DNA of 64,000 bases from positions 6,510,001 to 6,574,000 of the forward strand of contig CM022666.1 in the NCBI GenBank assembly GCA_012295275.1. Reading direction: 5' to 3'. This document shows positions 52,388 to 64,000 of the stretch, in pieces; within the stretch, counting starts at the first letter, position 1, and each line of letters starts with the position of its first letter. The notes below the pieces were generated by a model, which made no database searches, was not told where the DNA came from, and worked only from the letters and a program-made list of their open reading frames with translations. The stretch comes from Chrysomallon squamiferum (lineage: Eukaryota > Animalia > Mollusca). A program made the position numbers and the translations under genes.

Positions 52388-54300
52388 TTACAACATATAC
52401 AGACCAAAGTAGGTTGTCTCAGGATCTCTCAAAATTCTGTTCACAACTGATGTTCTCACCACTACAGTGTCATTGGCATACAGGTAGTAAACAGCTCCAA
52501 TGTAGGAAGCAGCAAAACCTTCCTGGTATCTTCGTACTTTGCATGTTGTTTGAGGATTTCTGTAGAGGACTTCATGATTTGGATATATTTCAATTGAGTG
52601 ACACAGCCTAGCGTATTCTAGTTCTGTCACTTGGTTGGCATGGAATAAAACGTTGCTGTATATGAAGTAGGCAGCAGTTTTTTTGACTTGAATCCCGTCA
52701 GCGACAACAGCTGCAGCTCCTTTCACAAACGATCTTTTACCAGACGACGTCCATTTGATGAGAGGCTTCGGTGTGTCTGAAAAGTTTGTAAGAAGAAAAT
52801 ATTTTTAAGTAATATTTTTATTTTACATTGTCAACAGTTGTAGTTAATATTACTAATATATTTCGCTAACTTCTAGAAAGTCCTATTATTAACTACTTTA
52901 CTACCATCACTGATATTTTTACTACTAACACTGCTAAACTATTGTTATCACAATTTCTACAATTATTTCCTAACTACTACTAATAACTAAGTGATTACCA
53001 CTACTACTATCAACAGACCAAATTTTTTTTAGTAACTACTACTATTTCTTCAATTTTACTACTACAACATTTATTACCAAATCACCTCTTTAACTGAGTA
53101 CAACTACTCTACTACTACTACTACTACCATTCTACTGCTACTGCTATTACTGCTACTACAACTCTACTACTATTACTCTACTACTACAACTATTACTACT
53201 ACTACTGCTACTATTTGTCTTCTTACTTTTGTCATATATTGCGTTCACTTCCATTTGTAGATGAGCCGACGTCTTCACATTGTTTTTATTATTCAGACGA
53301 TCAGCGACCTCTCTGATCTGCTTAAGTTTCTGTTCTGAAATATATATACATATACACATATATACTGATACATATATAAATACATAGACTCCTATACACA
53401 TTGTTTGATTTTATCTAAATTCAGATGATTTGCGACCTCTCTGATCTACACACACGCGTCCACACACATACACACTCACATCACTTATATATGTGTACAT
53501 ACATAGACTCGCACATACATACATATTTATAAATACATATTTATAAAAACGTTTGTGGATATTTGAATATGTGTGGCTGAGTGTTTGTGTCTGTATCTTT
53601 TTTCGGTGTGTGTAGGTTGATGACTTTTCTCCTGTGTGTCTCTGTGTTTATGCGACTTTGTGTTTCTAGGTATGTCTGTGTGTGTGTATATGTGTCGGTG
53701 TTAACTTACCACTTTTCTCAGCTTTTGTGTGACTTTCACTCAGTTTCTAAAAAGAATGTTAATAACCAATTTAAAACTATTCCATAATAATTTTTTATAT
53801 TTATAAATATATTTTTGCACAATGAATTTCTCCTTTTCATAATTATTAAACATATATGATTTTTTTTTCTTTTTTTAATTTCATTTATAATTAACATAAC
53901 TTTTTAATCTTTCTATGCAGAATTTATCTATTTCTTAATTTCGTACCGACAAAACTTTTATTTTAAATTATTATTATTTCTTTTTATTTTCTAATTTATG
54001 TATTTTTGGAATTTATTTAGAATTTATAACAGAATTTACCTTTTTCATAATTTCACTGATCACTGTTTCTCCATCGTTGTAACAACAATACATGGTATTG
54101 TTCCTGGTTCTCTTCGTAGATTTGTCATCACAACAGTTTTCTCCTGGTTTGCACGAGATTTTCACACACAGTTCCTTGTCAAACAACAAGTTTGTTTCTC
54201 TGTTCAGATATTCGTTTAATGTTACAGATGCAATGAAACTGATGAGAATGAAGTTTAGTACCATAAGAGAAATGGCAATGACTGGAAGAATTGACTTCAT
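52388..54300 (-). CDS. TNF-superfamily ligand copy G, 264 aa, 4 exons
   Basis: Exons 54300-54040, 53746-53710, 53334-53227, 52776-52388; GT-AG, open frame, THD motifs intact; same 1913-bp span as copy B. Confidence 0.92.
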
Positions 54301-55087
54301 TTTCCTACTTTTCTTTTTGCACTGTATAGTGTATTCTATACTCTTACGTATAACAGACACTGGCTAGCAAATGTTATTGCCTGTGTTTCTTGTATCAGCC
54401 GAGTCGCTTACAAACAGCTGTTTATAAACTATGCTCGGCTAGAATTACTTTTAAAGATAAAGATATGCACTGGTGATTTTTAAAAGTTGTCCAATGAGCT
54501 GCCATTGTTACTGTCGGGTTTTTCCTGGCAGAAACTCAGTAATGGACAACCGGAAGACATTTGAACTGAACCATGATATAAGTGTTCGTGATTTGCACAA
54601 ATGTAGGTGTATCTACACATGATTATATAACAGCAATATTTAACATACTGTCTATAAAGAATACAAATTATGCTTTATAAAATAAATGTTAAAAACATAT
54701 CACTGTCAGGTGTACAAGTGAAAAACGAGTTGAAAAATGATCCCATTAATTTTACTTGACATTAAAAACTAAAAAAACTAACAAAAAACCCCCCCAAAAC
54801 AGGCAAATACAGAACAAGACATTTGTACTTTTTTTGAAGTCAATGTCCAAGTAATTCTCGAGGAAATAAAAATAATGAAAATACTAATCAGATGTTGCCA
54901 GTGTCTGAGTCAGACTGCGGTTTCACAACATTGACTCTCTTGGTATTAATAATATTAACAAAAAGAACTTTTGTATCACCTACTGAACTGAGGTATCGCT
55001 GTAGTCTTTATTTAATAACAATGGCAACAACAAACAGTAATAATTATAATAATGATGATGATAAATTTGATAGTAGCAGTAGTAGTG

Positions 55088-55660
55088 CACTGATTTATGA
55101 GTTTAATTCGTTCCGTTACCGAGCTCGTAATTCAGTTTGCTTGTATATTAAATCAATTTTCCCAACTGAAATTAAATTAAAAAAACAACACCCCAAATAT
55201 CACCCGAATTTTTGTAATGTGGTTTTAAATAACAAAAAATGTATTTATAAGAGACAGATATTGCATAAAAACTAAATAAAAGAGAATGTAAAGAAATAAA
55301 TTGGTTTTGTAAAGTGTATTTATCTTGGAGATCAGACAAATTATTTTAACGTCTTTGGCTGGAGTTATAGCCTTTATCGACTTCTTCAGCTTCAGTATGG
55401 TACATATCGTAGAAGTACTACGCTCGTACTGCCTTGCTAAGTCGACTACACTCACACCTCGCTCACGTTTCATATGAATTCAAGCTTCAGTTTCATGGAT
55501 ATCATCCGCTGCTTCTTCTCAGCACTGTCCTTTGCACTCACTTTCTTAGGATCCATGGTTAGAAAAAAGAAATTTGCCGAACTGCTGCACAAAAACACGA
55601 GCACAACACAACAGAGATGCTTCCACAACAAGGTAACCACGTGATGTAAATCAAGTGCTG
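55088..55660 (-). mobile_element. Tigger/pogo fragment
   Basis: RERGVSVVDLARQYERSTSTICTILK. Confidence 0.75.
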
Positions 55661-58600
55661 TTTTATATTAACAGAGACATCAGATTCTCTGAAATATTAT
55701 GTTCGTATGTGTACAGAGATTTGTTTCCATAATCTATAAGATACATCAGGAATTTAGCTGTGTCATAACAAAACATCCAACATCAACCATCGTCACCAAT
55801 CAGACTTTCATTGTCAACCTCATAATCCAAAATTTCAATGTCAGCCTCATCGTTCAGAATTTTATTGTTCCTACAAATACTATTAATATTAGTGCTGCTG
55901 CTACTATTATTAACTTTATCATCTTGATCTTCATCATTATTATAATTATTATTACTGTTTCCTGTTGTCATTGTTGTTAAATAAAGACTACAGTGATACC
56001 TCTGGTCACTAGTTCATTATTTTTATTACTTGGATATTTACTTTAATGTGTAATTTTGCATTTGACATATTTTTTTTGTTTTTTAAATATCAAGTCAAAT
56101 TAACGAGAGCATGTTTCAGCTCACTTTTCACTTGTACACCAGTCAGTGACATGATTTTAATTTTTATAAAGCAAAATTTGTATATTTTATAGACAGTATG
56201 TTAAATACTGCTGTTATATAGATACACATACGTACGTGCACAGTCACACACACACATCACAATTAAGTTTGAACGATCATCCACTAGTCTCTCACGTTTG
56301 ATTTGCCGTCTTAATACCCCCGCCTCCCATCCTCCCAAAAAAACATACAAAAAAACCAAACAACAATAACAATGGTAGGTCGGTGGACAAATTTTAAAAA
56401 TCACCAGTCCATTCATTATCTTTACGCCTACCCGAGCAGTGTTCATAAATAGCTGTGACTCAGTCTGAGTGACTGTGAAATGTACACCAAGTGTGGTATC
56501 TTATTTCGCTACCTGATTCTGTCACTGTTACCTCTTGTCCACACGAACACCCTGAAAAACTGATACGCTTTTAAAAATCAATAAATAAAAATAAATAGTT
56601 TTTATCTGTCAGGGAATAATCCTAAATTTGAAATTAGATAATGTAGAGGTTCTGGATTAAATGTTTGATAATTTATTTCGGATTACACTACTGAAGAGTG
56701 ATTGAATAAGAAGTAATAAAATACCTGGATAATTGTCAGTTGTTACGTTTATCTTTCTTTGTATCTTTCATGCATGTACATCACGTGTACTTGGCGTGAT
56801 CAGGGCAAACCGAACAAAGCCAAAACTTTACATGATCACGGTGCACGCTCTCGCCTTTGCGTGTGTGTGTGTGTGTGCGTGTGTATGAGTTACTGAACAT
56901 CGACAACGGCAATCGTAATATTAATAAGAACTACGACTGCAACAATACAACAGCAGTAATGAGTGTATGTAGTTTATTTGAGAACATTATGTATAAAGTA
57001 CACATGTAACATTTAAATATTTTCTTTCTATTATATTCTAGGTGGTTATCTTCTTTCCTAACAGTAAGGTTATATTACATTTTCTCATAGCTTTTCAAAA
57101 AGGTGATTTATAGGATTCGAATAAAAACCACCTGATTCGCGAAAATTCTAGTTTCTGTTTGTTTTTAATACTTTATTATTATCATCTAAAGGGCAGCAGA
57201 CTCTAAGCAAATTAAAAAAATTATTTAGATAACGAAAATTAAGTAAGAAGGCAATTTATACAGGGTAGTCCAAAAGCAGGTGGACAGTAAATGATAATAT
57301 TTATTTTGAGATTACATATACAGTTATATTTACTCAAAAAGTAGGTGGACGTTTAAATAATTTAAATAATTGTAGTTATAAAATTTTAAATAACATAGCA
57401 CTAACACCATAGTTATAATGAACATCATTGTAATAATACAACCCTTATTTTAATTTTTTTGAAAGAATATTCTATTGTTTGTGTAGAATCTCTGTGCACG
57501 CATTATTTTTATGTGCGTGCGTGTGTGTGTGTGTGTGTTCTTGTTTTATTTATTATTTTATTTTTTGAAAGAATGTTATTCACGTGCGAATATCTGCATT
57601 TTCTACGTGTCTTTATCTTGGTATTATTTATTACTAATAACATTTTTCTTCTTTTGGTCATTGTGTTACAGACTACGTCAAAAGGAATTAAAAGTTGTTA
57701 CACGAAATGGTACCAATTCGTCCAGTCATTGCCATTTCTCTTATGAAGCATTTCTCAATCATAAATCTATCTTTTGATAATTAATAATTTTATTATCACT
57801 ATCATCATCATCATGGTCATTATTACTACTGCTACTAGTATTATTATATAATCATCATTATTAGTATTATTTTTATTACTAATAGTATTTTACTGATACT
57901 TCTACATATGTGGATACCCACACCCACGCATACATGACGTTTCAGTTTAAATTACTGTGCAGTCGACACGAAGCGTGTCCAGAAAAAGAACCGACAGTAA
58001 CAATGATTTTGGCTGCCGTATCTGCCTTTAAGGGACCAACAGAAAATTATGCAAAAGAAACATTACTGACATCAAATTTTGTAACGACTAGTTGCTTTGG
58101 TACGTAAAAAATGTTATTGCCTGTGTTTCTTGTATCAGCCGAGTGGCTTAGCAAACAGCTATTTATAAACTATGCTCGGCTAGAATTACTTTTAAAGAAA
58201 AAGAGATGCACTGGTGATTTTTAAAAGTTATCCTATGAGCTGCCATTGTTACTGTCAGTTTTTCTCCGACAGAAAATCAATAATGGGTCAGGGATCACCG
58301 TTTAAGTGTTTGTGATTTGCACGAATGTAGGTGTATCTACATATGACTATATAACAGCAATATTTAACATACTGTCTATAAAGAATACAAATTATGCTTC
58401 ATAAAATAAATGTTAAAAACATGTCACTGACTGGTGTACAAGTGAAAAATGAGTTGAAAAATGCTCCCATTAATTTTACATGACATTAAAAAAATAAAAT
58501 TAAATAAAATTAAAAAAATCCCCCAAAACAGGGAACATTTCTACTTCTTTTGAAGTCAATGTCCAAGTAATTCTTGAGGAAATAAAAATAATGAAAATAC

Positions 58601-59074
58601 TAATCAGATATTGCCAGTGTCTGAGTCAGACTGTGGTTTCACTGCATTGACTCTCTTGGTATTAATAATATTAACAAAAATAACTTGTGTAGCACCTACT
58701 GAACTGAGGTATCACTGTAGTCTTTATTTAATAACAATGGCAACAACAAACAGTAATAATTATAATAATGATGAATTAAATAGTATTAGTAGTAGTAGCA
58801 GTAATAATGACGTTGAGATAGTAGTAATAAAAGCAGCATTATTATAAACAAAAGTAAAACTATTAATAACAAAAAAAAAAAAAAAAAAATTCTTTAAATG
58901 ATGATTATTAAATTTTATTTTAATTGTAAACAGTAGTAGCAGATCATAAAATAATTTTAACGTTTGGCTGGAGTTATAGCCCTTATGATGATAGTGGTAA
59001 TAAAATTATTATTAATCATAATATTTATGATTCTGAAAAGAAAAACTATTCCCAGAAAAAAAAAAGGAAAAGAA

Positions 59075-59290
59075 AAAAGCACAACACAACAGAGATGCTT
59101 CCACGGCAAGGTAACCATGTGATGTAAATAAGTGAGACACGGGATACTGGGTGTATGTAGTATTATTTCGTGTGCCATCTAGCAGCGGCGTATCTGAAGC
59201 TTACTCGTAACTCGGATTTTGGCTCGTAACTCAAAGCAAAACCTCGAAACTCGTAAATTGGTGCACTCGTAATTCGTAGTACAACACTGT
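59075..59290 (-). mobile_element. 5' end of the same Tigger/pogo element at the right border of the TNF array
   Basis: Shares agcacaacacaacagagatgcttccac..caaggtaacca.gtgatgtaaat with the other copies, then continues into repeated ctcgtaa subterminal motifs and a TIR-like end ..gtacaacactg. Confidence 0.55.
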
Positions 59291-62200
59291 TTATTATTAT
59301 CTAAAAATATTTTTAATGGCTAAAGAGTGGTTGCAAATTTAGCATAAATGAAACGACCGTGAGTTAAAATGCTATACATGCAAAGCCTTCTGTTATTTAA
59401 GCTTACATATATTTTTTCTGCATGCTTAATAAACACCTAAATAAAATAAAGAAATGAAAAATAAAATAAAATAAAATAAAGAAATGAAAAATAAAATAAA
59501 ATAAAAAATAAAAAATGAAAAATAAAATAAAATAAAGTAAAAAAGAAAAGTTATCTTTCAAGTACTTATTCACTTATCAAGTTTTATCCTATTAAATGTA
59601 TTATCATTTAATGTCTAACCATATATTTTTAAATGACTAACTCTTCAAAGTGATGATTCTGTGTAACAGAAATGATTAAAAAAAAAAAAAAAAAAAAAAA
59701 AGTTACTTCTGACATACATTTTATTAACACCTTTTCAGAAATGTACAAAGATACAACTTTATCACCAAACACTTTACAATAAAACAACAAAACACAAATT
59801 ACAAGTAAGATTCTAACATTCAGATCTTCATCATACATTTAGCTAAGGGAGTCTTTTACAATAAATAATAAACCATTTTTTATTTTTTAAATTATATATG
59901 TATTTAAAATATTCTAAACACTGAAAGATAGAAAAATGTTTTCTTTAAAAAAAAAAAAAAAAAAAAAAAAATCTCATCTTTAACCTTCTATGCTTGTTCA
60001 TGTTAGCTTATGAACCAAAAAAAAAAAAAAACAATAATAAATTAATCAGTGCATTTGTTCATATTCTGATACAAAATGAAATGTGCATAATTTTAATGGA
60101 ACAAACAAGGAAAGGTATACAAGTAATAATTTTTAAATGCATGCTTCTGTCACTAACAAATTACTGAAAACTTTAGATAGATCAGTTCAAAGATAATTCC
60201 AATAATACAAGAAAACTAAATGTATTTTCTCAGTACATTTTAAATAATATATCTATATGTATATACACACACACTTATTTCACATTACTGGAAGTTTCAG
60301 AGCTTGAAATGATCTGTTATCAGCATAACTTTTTTTCTGATTTAAGGATATTGATCCCACATGCTTTCAAAACTGAATTAAGATTTGGAATATCCTGTTT
60401 TTAAATATGTATATATAATGAGAGACTGACAGAGAAAGAAAATACTCTACTTATAGAGATATTAATATCAGAAATATTTCATAAGCAAATGTTGACATGA
60501 AATGAAATACTCTGTACTTTAACCTTCTGAGACTCTTTATTGAAAATGATTTTTTTTTCTGATATATATAATATTTAAAACATTTTCGAAATAAATATCC
60601 AAAGAACAGGATAAAATAGTTTTTTTTTCAGAAAAAAAGAAAAAAAGAAGACCTACTGATTTAATTACTGTTTTTCTGAAACAATCTTGTTTTTACAAGG
60701 CAGGACATTTTTTTTTTTTTTTTTTTTTTTTTTTCACTCCATTAAATAAACTGTATAAAAGGAATGTTTAGAATCCTTTACAAAGATGTGAGTGGTTTTT
60801 ACACAAAATGTCTACACATATCACACGAAGAACAAAATTTCTCATACACCACATACACCACATTGAAACAGCTCATGCTAAGGTTGGTTTTGGGTGGGTT
60901 AATTACTTGTGAACTGACTGGAAAGATCATATTTAAAAAAAGTAAAATATTTTATACATATTAGGAAATGTAATCAAATGTTTCATATTGCTTGCTTTTT
61001 AAAAATATAACTGAAATATGTTATGGAAATTTTTAAAAAGATTTTAATGCATATAAATATATATATATATATAGTGTTTAGTTCCTCTGATATTAAATAT
61101 ATCTTATGAGAGTCATTAGCAAAAGACTATAGTATTTGACACTTTAAAACAATGAAGTGATTTTTCCAAAATGTCTGTCAGCAGAACTAAGTCTATAGCG
61201 AAATGAACCAAGGTCTTGCATTTGCCATACACTGCCCCAAAGGTAAAAGTGTTTCTGCATTTAACATAGTATAATCACAAAAGTCTGAATGGTCACAGGT
61301 TTCTTTTGTGTATTTAAATGAATATAATATATACAGGCATGTATATTCACTTTAATGTACCGAAGAAATTGATGACCATTCAAAATACATGTATGTATAA
61401 ATGATCTGATATAGTCTTAGTCTTGAATATGATTTGTAAATCAGTTACAGTATTAATTTTTTTAAATCTTGGTACAGGTAATAAAAACAGACATATCCAT
61501 GTAATAATGTTCATTAACTAACAATATCACAACCAAGGATCTAAAAATTTATTTTGTTTTTAAATTGTTATGTAATAGTTTAATCATTCTTTCACAACTA
61601 CAATTGTCTGATTATAATTATAATGTGTTTAGAGAACAATCTCAACAAAAAAATATATATATACATAACAACAAACAAAACAAACGAGAACAGAATGACA
61701 AAGTTTTAACTCTAAGCTATACACATTCTGTGAATATACTGGAATGTACATCCATACTTCTTCATCTGTAATGTACATACTCTGTGCAATATATTTACAA
61801 CAATAATACAGTGATATAACTACACTCTAGACACTGAAAATTTCTTCGTTTCAAATAGATCTGTAAATCAAATTATTTATGGACATCAAAGAGTGGTAGT
61901 CAACAAAAATCCTAAAAAGAATATTTTAAATATATATCTACAAATGAGTCTTCTCAAGTACCCAGTACATTCTACCTTTTCTATAAAATAAAGTTAATAA
62001 TAGCAATACTGTATGAATTAACTGTTATTTGAATTCATAGAAGGAAAAAAAAATGTCCTTGAAAAGGTTGTGTTTTTCTCACTTTCCAAAACATGCTGGA
62101 AATAACCATCAAAATGTCCAGTTATCTGTTCAAATGAAATTTGAAAATAATAAAAGACTTAATTTAAGAGTGAATTTAATAAATAGTTTCTTTATCTGAA

Positions 62201-62746
62201 AAATCCAAGCTTTACAAAGTGATCTTTCTCTGTATACGTCATCAAATTCTGCATCCAATAACGAACCTAGCCAAAATCACAATTTCTTTTTTTACTATCA
62301 GTCAAAGTGGATACATTCATCATTTCATGGGCCAATCAGTAAACAGAATATTAGTAAAAAAAAAAAACTATGAAGTTATTGGAAAACAGTTTCATTTCTA
62401 AAAACAGAAAACAGAAAATATCAATATTATGATAGGTGGAAACAACATATGCTTTTCTATTTATGGAAATTAAACATTTTAGAAACATTTCGTTTTTACT
62501 GATATAAAATCTAGCTTGGCACAACTTGCTGTTGCCAATGATTATCACCTTTATGTACAAAATTTTGAAACCAAAGACATTTCAATTTTTTTTGGTTTTT
62601 TTAAATGCACTAACAAAAAATAATAAAAAATAAAAAATAAGAAAGAAAGAAAGAAAGCAGAGAGAGAGAAACAAAAAGAAATGTTAAATGAAAAAATGTA
62701 TTCTGCATCAGTTAATTATGAAATATTTAATGTAATTAATTAATAA

Positions 62747-63150
62747 CTAGTCTTTCTTCAGACGGGGACTTGTCATGCGGTAGATGATGCTCTCCCTTCC
62801 TGGATCCATGTACCAGATTCCATAGGCAACAGCGTACACAGCAACAGCCAGGAGAATCATTAACCAGAGGACGATGTTGAAGACAGGGGCAAATAAATCT
62901 GTATAGTTTTCGGCAAGGTTTTGAGGCAGACTTTGTGTCTAAGATTTAAATAATAAAAAAAAAAAAAAAAAAAAAACAATATAGTACATGTAAAGAATAC
63001 TGTGAAATAAAATTTAAAAAAAATCTATTTAATGATAATTTTAATTATGTTTCACTTGGTTAGTTAAATTATTCTGTTCATAATTAGGTAAAAGCTTTAA
63101 ATCAGGTTCTGGGAATGAAATTATTTTAATAATAATAATAATAATAATAA

Positions 63151-63185
<35 letters not shown>

Positions 63186-63694
63186 TGATTCATCTTGCTA
63201 TATTAATAGCCCAGAAAACAAATTTGTGTTTGAAATTAAAAAACAATGGGAATGTGAAACGTGATAGAAAAATGTAATTCTTGTAAATGTTTTTTTTTTT
63301 TTGTTATGATCAGTGAAGACATTTTTATGCTGGAAATATGTGTAATTAAAGCAGATTAGAACAGAATAGATATCGAATGAAAATTGAATTAATCTGAACT
63401 GAACTGAAATGAACTGAACTGAACTGAATTAAATATTAACCCCCCCTAAGTACATTTGGTATTATTATCTTAAAATGTAAAAAAAAAAATTAAAAAAAAA
63501 ACAAACAAACAAACAACACTTACAGTATTTGGTGCTGACATTGGTGCTAGTGTTGATGCTGATGTTGATGCTGATGTTGGGTCTGATGATGCCATAAGGC
63601 TTCTCACTTTTCGAGAATGACCTTTCCGGGAAGTTGTCAAGAAAACTTCAAACACCACATTATCCTTGTACAGTGATTTCAAATCATCTCTCAT
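62747..63694 (-). CDS. ATP6AP2: (Pro)renin receptor / V-ATPase accessory protein 2, last two coding exons (gene continues beyond the right edge)
   Basis: Exons 63694-63524 and 62938-62747 (phase 0): furin site RKVR, NLA..Y....PVFNIVLW transmembrane segment, tail MDPGRESIIYRMTSPRLKKD-stop, characteristic of ATP6AP2. Confidence 0.93.
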
Positions 63695-64000
63695 CTGCAA
63701 CAGAAAATATATGTATAATTCCTAGAAATGATTGTTAACTATTTTTCTCTTTTAAAAAAAACAATAATAATAATACCAGTAATTATAAAAAGGAATAAAA
63801 AGGATTCTTATCTCGATTTATTTTTCACTGAAGATTGTTGATAATGTAATTGAGATTTGTTTCCACTGAATTTTTTTATTTTTTTATCTACAGTAAAGTT
63901 TATTTAACACTCTTTAATAAAAAAAAAAATTTGTCAGTATAGGCATCAAAGATTCCTATTATTTAGATTAAATATAATTATTTGAATAACACTGTGTAAT

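Larger units (their letters stand above)
47255..57880. repeat. Direct repeat of about 2.8 kb flanking gene G (47255-50040 and 55088-57880)
   Basis: Near-identical ORFs 47867/55699 and 49622/57459, offset about 7835. Confidence 0.9.

Noticed and set aside
59300-62746. Short ORFs downstream of ATP6AP2
   Set aside because: AT-rich, with no motifs or consistent splice pattern; likely 3' UTR or intergenic.

Overview
AT-rich, microsatellite-rich animal genomic DNA with spliceosomal GT-AG introns; it looks invertebrate and mollusc-like, but the taxon cannot be fixed from sequence alone. Three loci are present. (1) A recently expanded minus-strand array of 4-exon TNF-superfamily ligand genes: four intact 264-aa copies (B 10492-12404, C 35118-36969, E 42001-43736, G 52388-54300), exon 1 of a fifth (A 50-310), two pseudogenes, truncated exon-4 fragments and plus-strand (antisense) relics. 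These sit in segmental duplications built from Tigger/pogo and hAT fragments and an upstream module reused in both orientations. (2) A plus-strand ZBBX gene (18 visible coding exons, 18459-31878) whose 5' end is lost at a 200-N gap. (3) The last two exons of ATP6AP2 on the minus strand. The most notable observations are that TNF exons 1 and 4 are far more divergent between paralogs than the adjacent introns, that inverted copies of exons 2-3 lie inside the predicted TNF 3' UTRs, that the stalk is Cys-rich, and that a 29-bp promoter VNTR differs in copy number. Exon boundaries and difference counts were read by eye; no database search or alignment was run.
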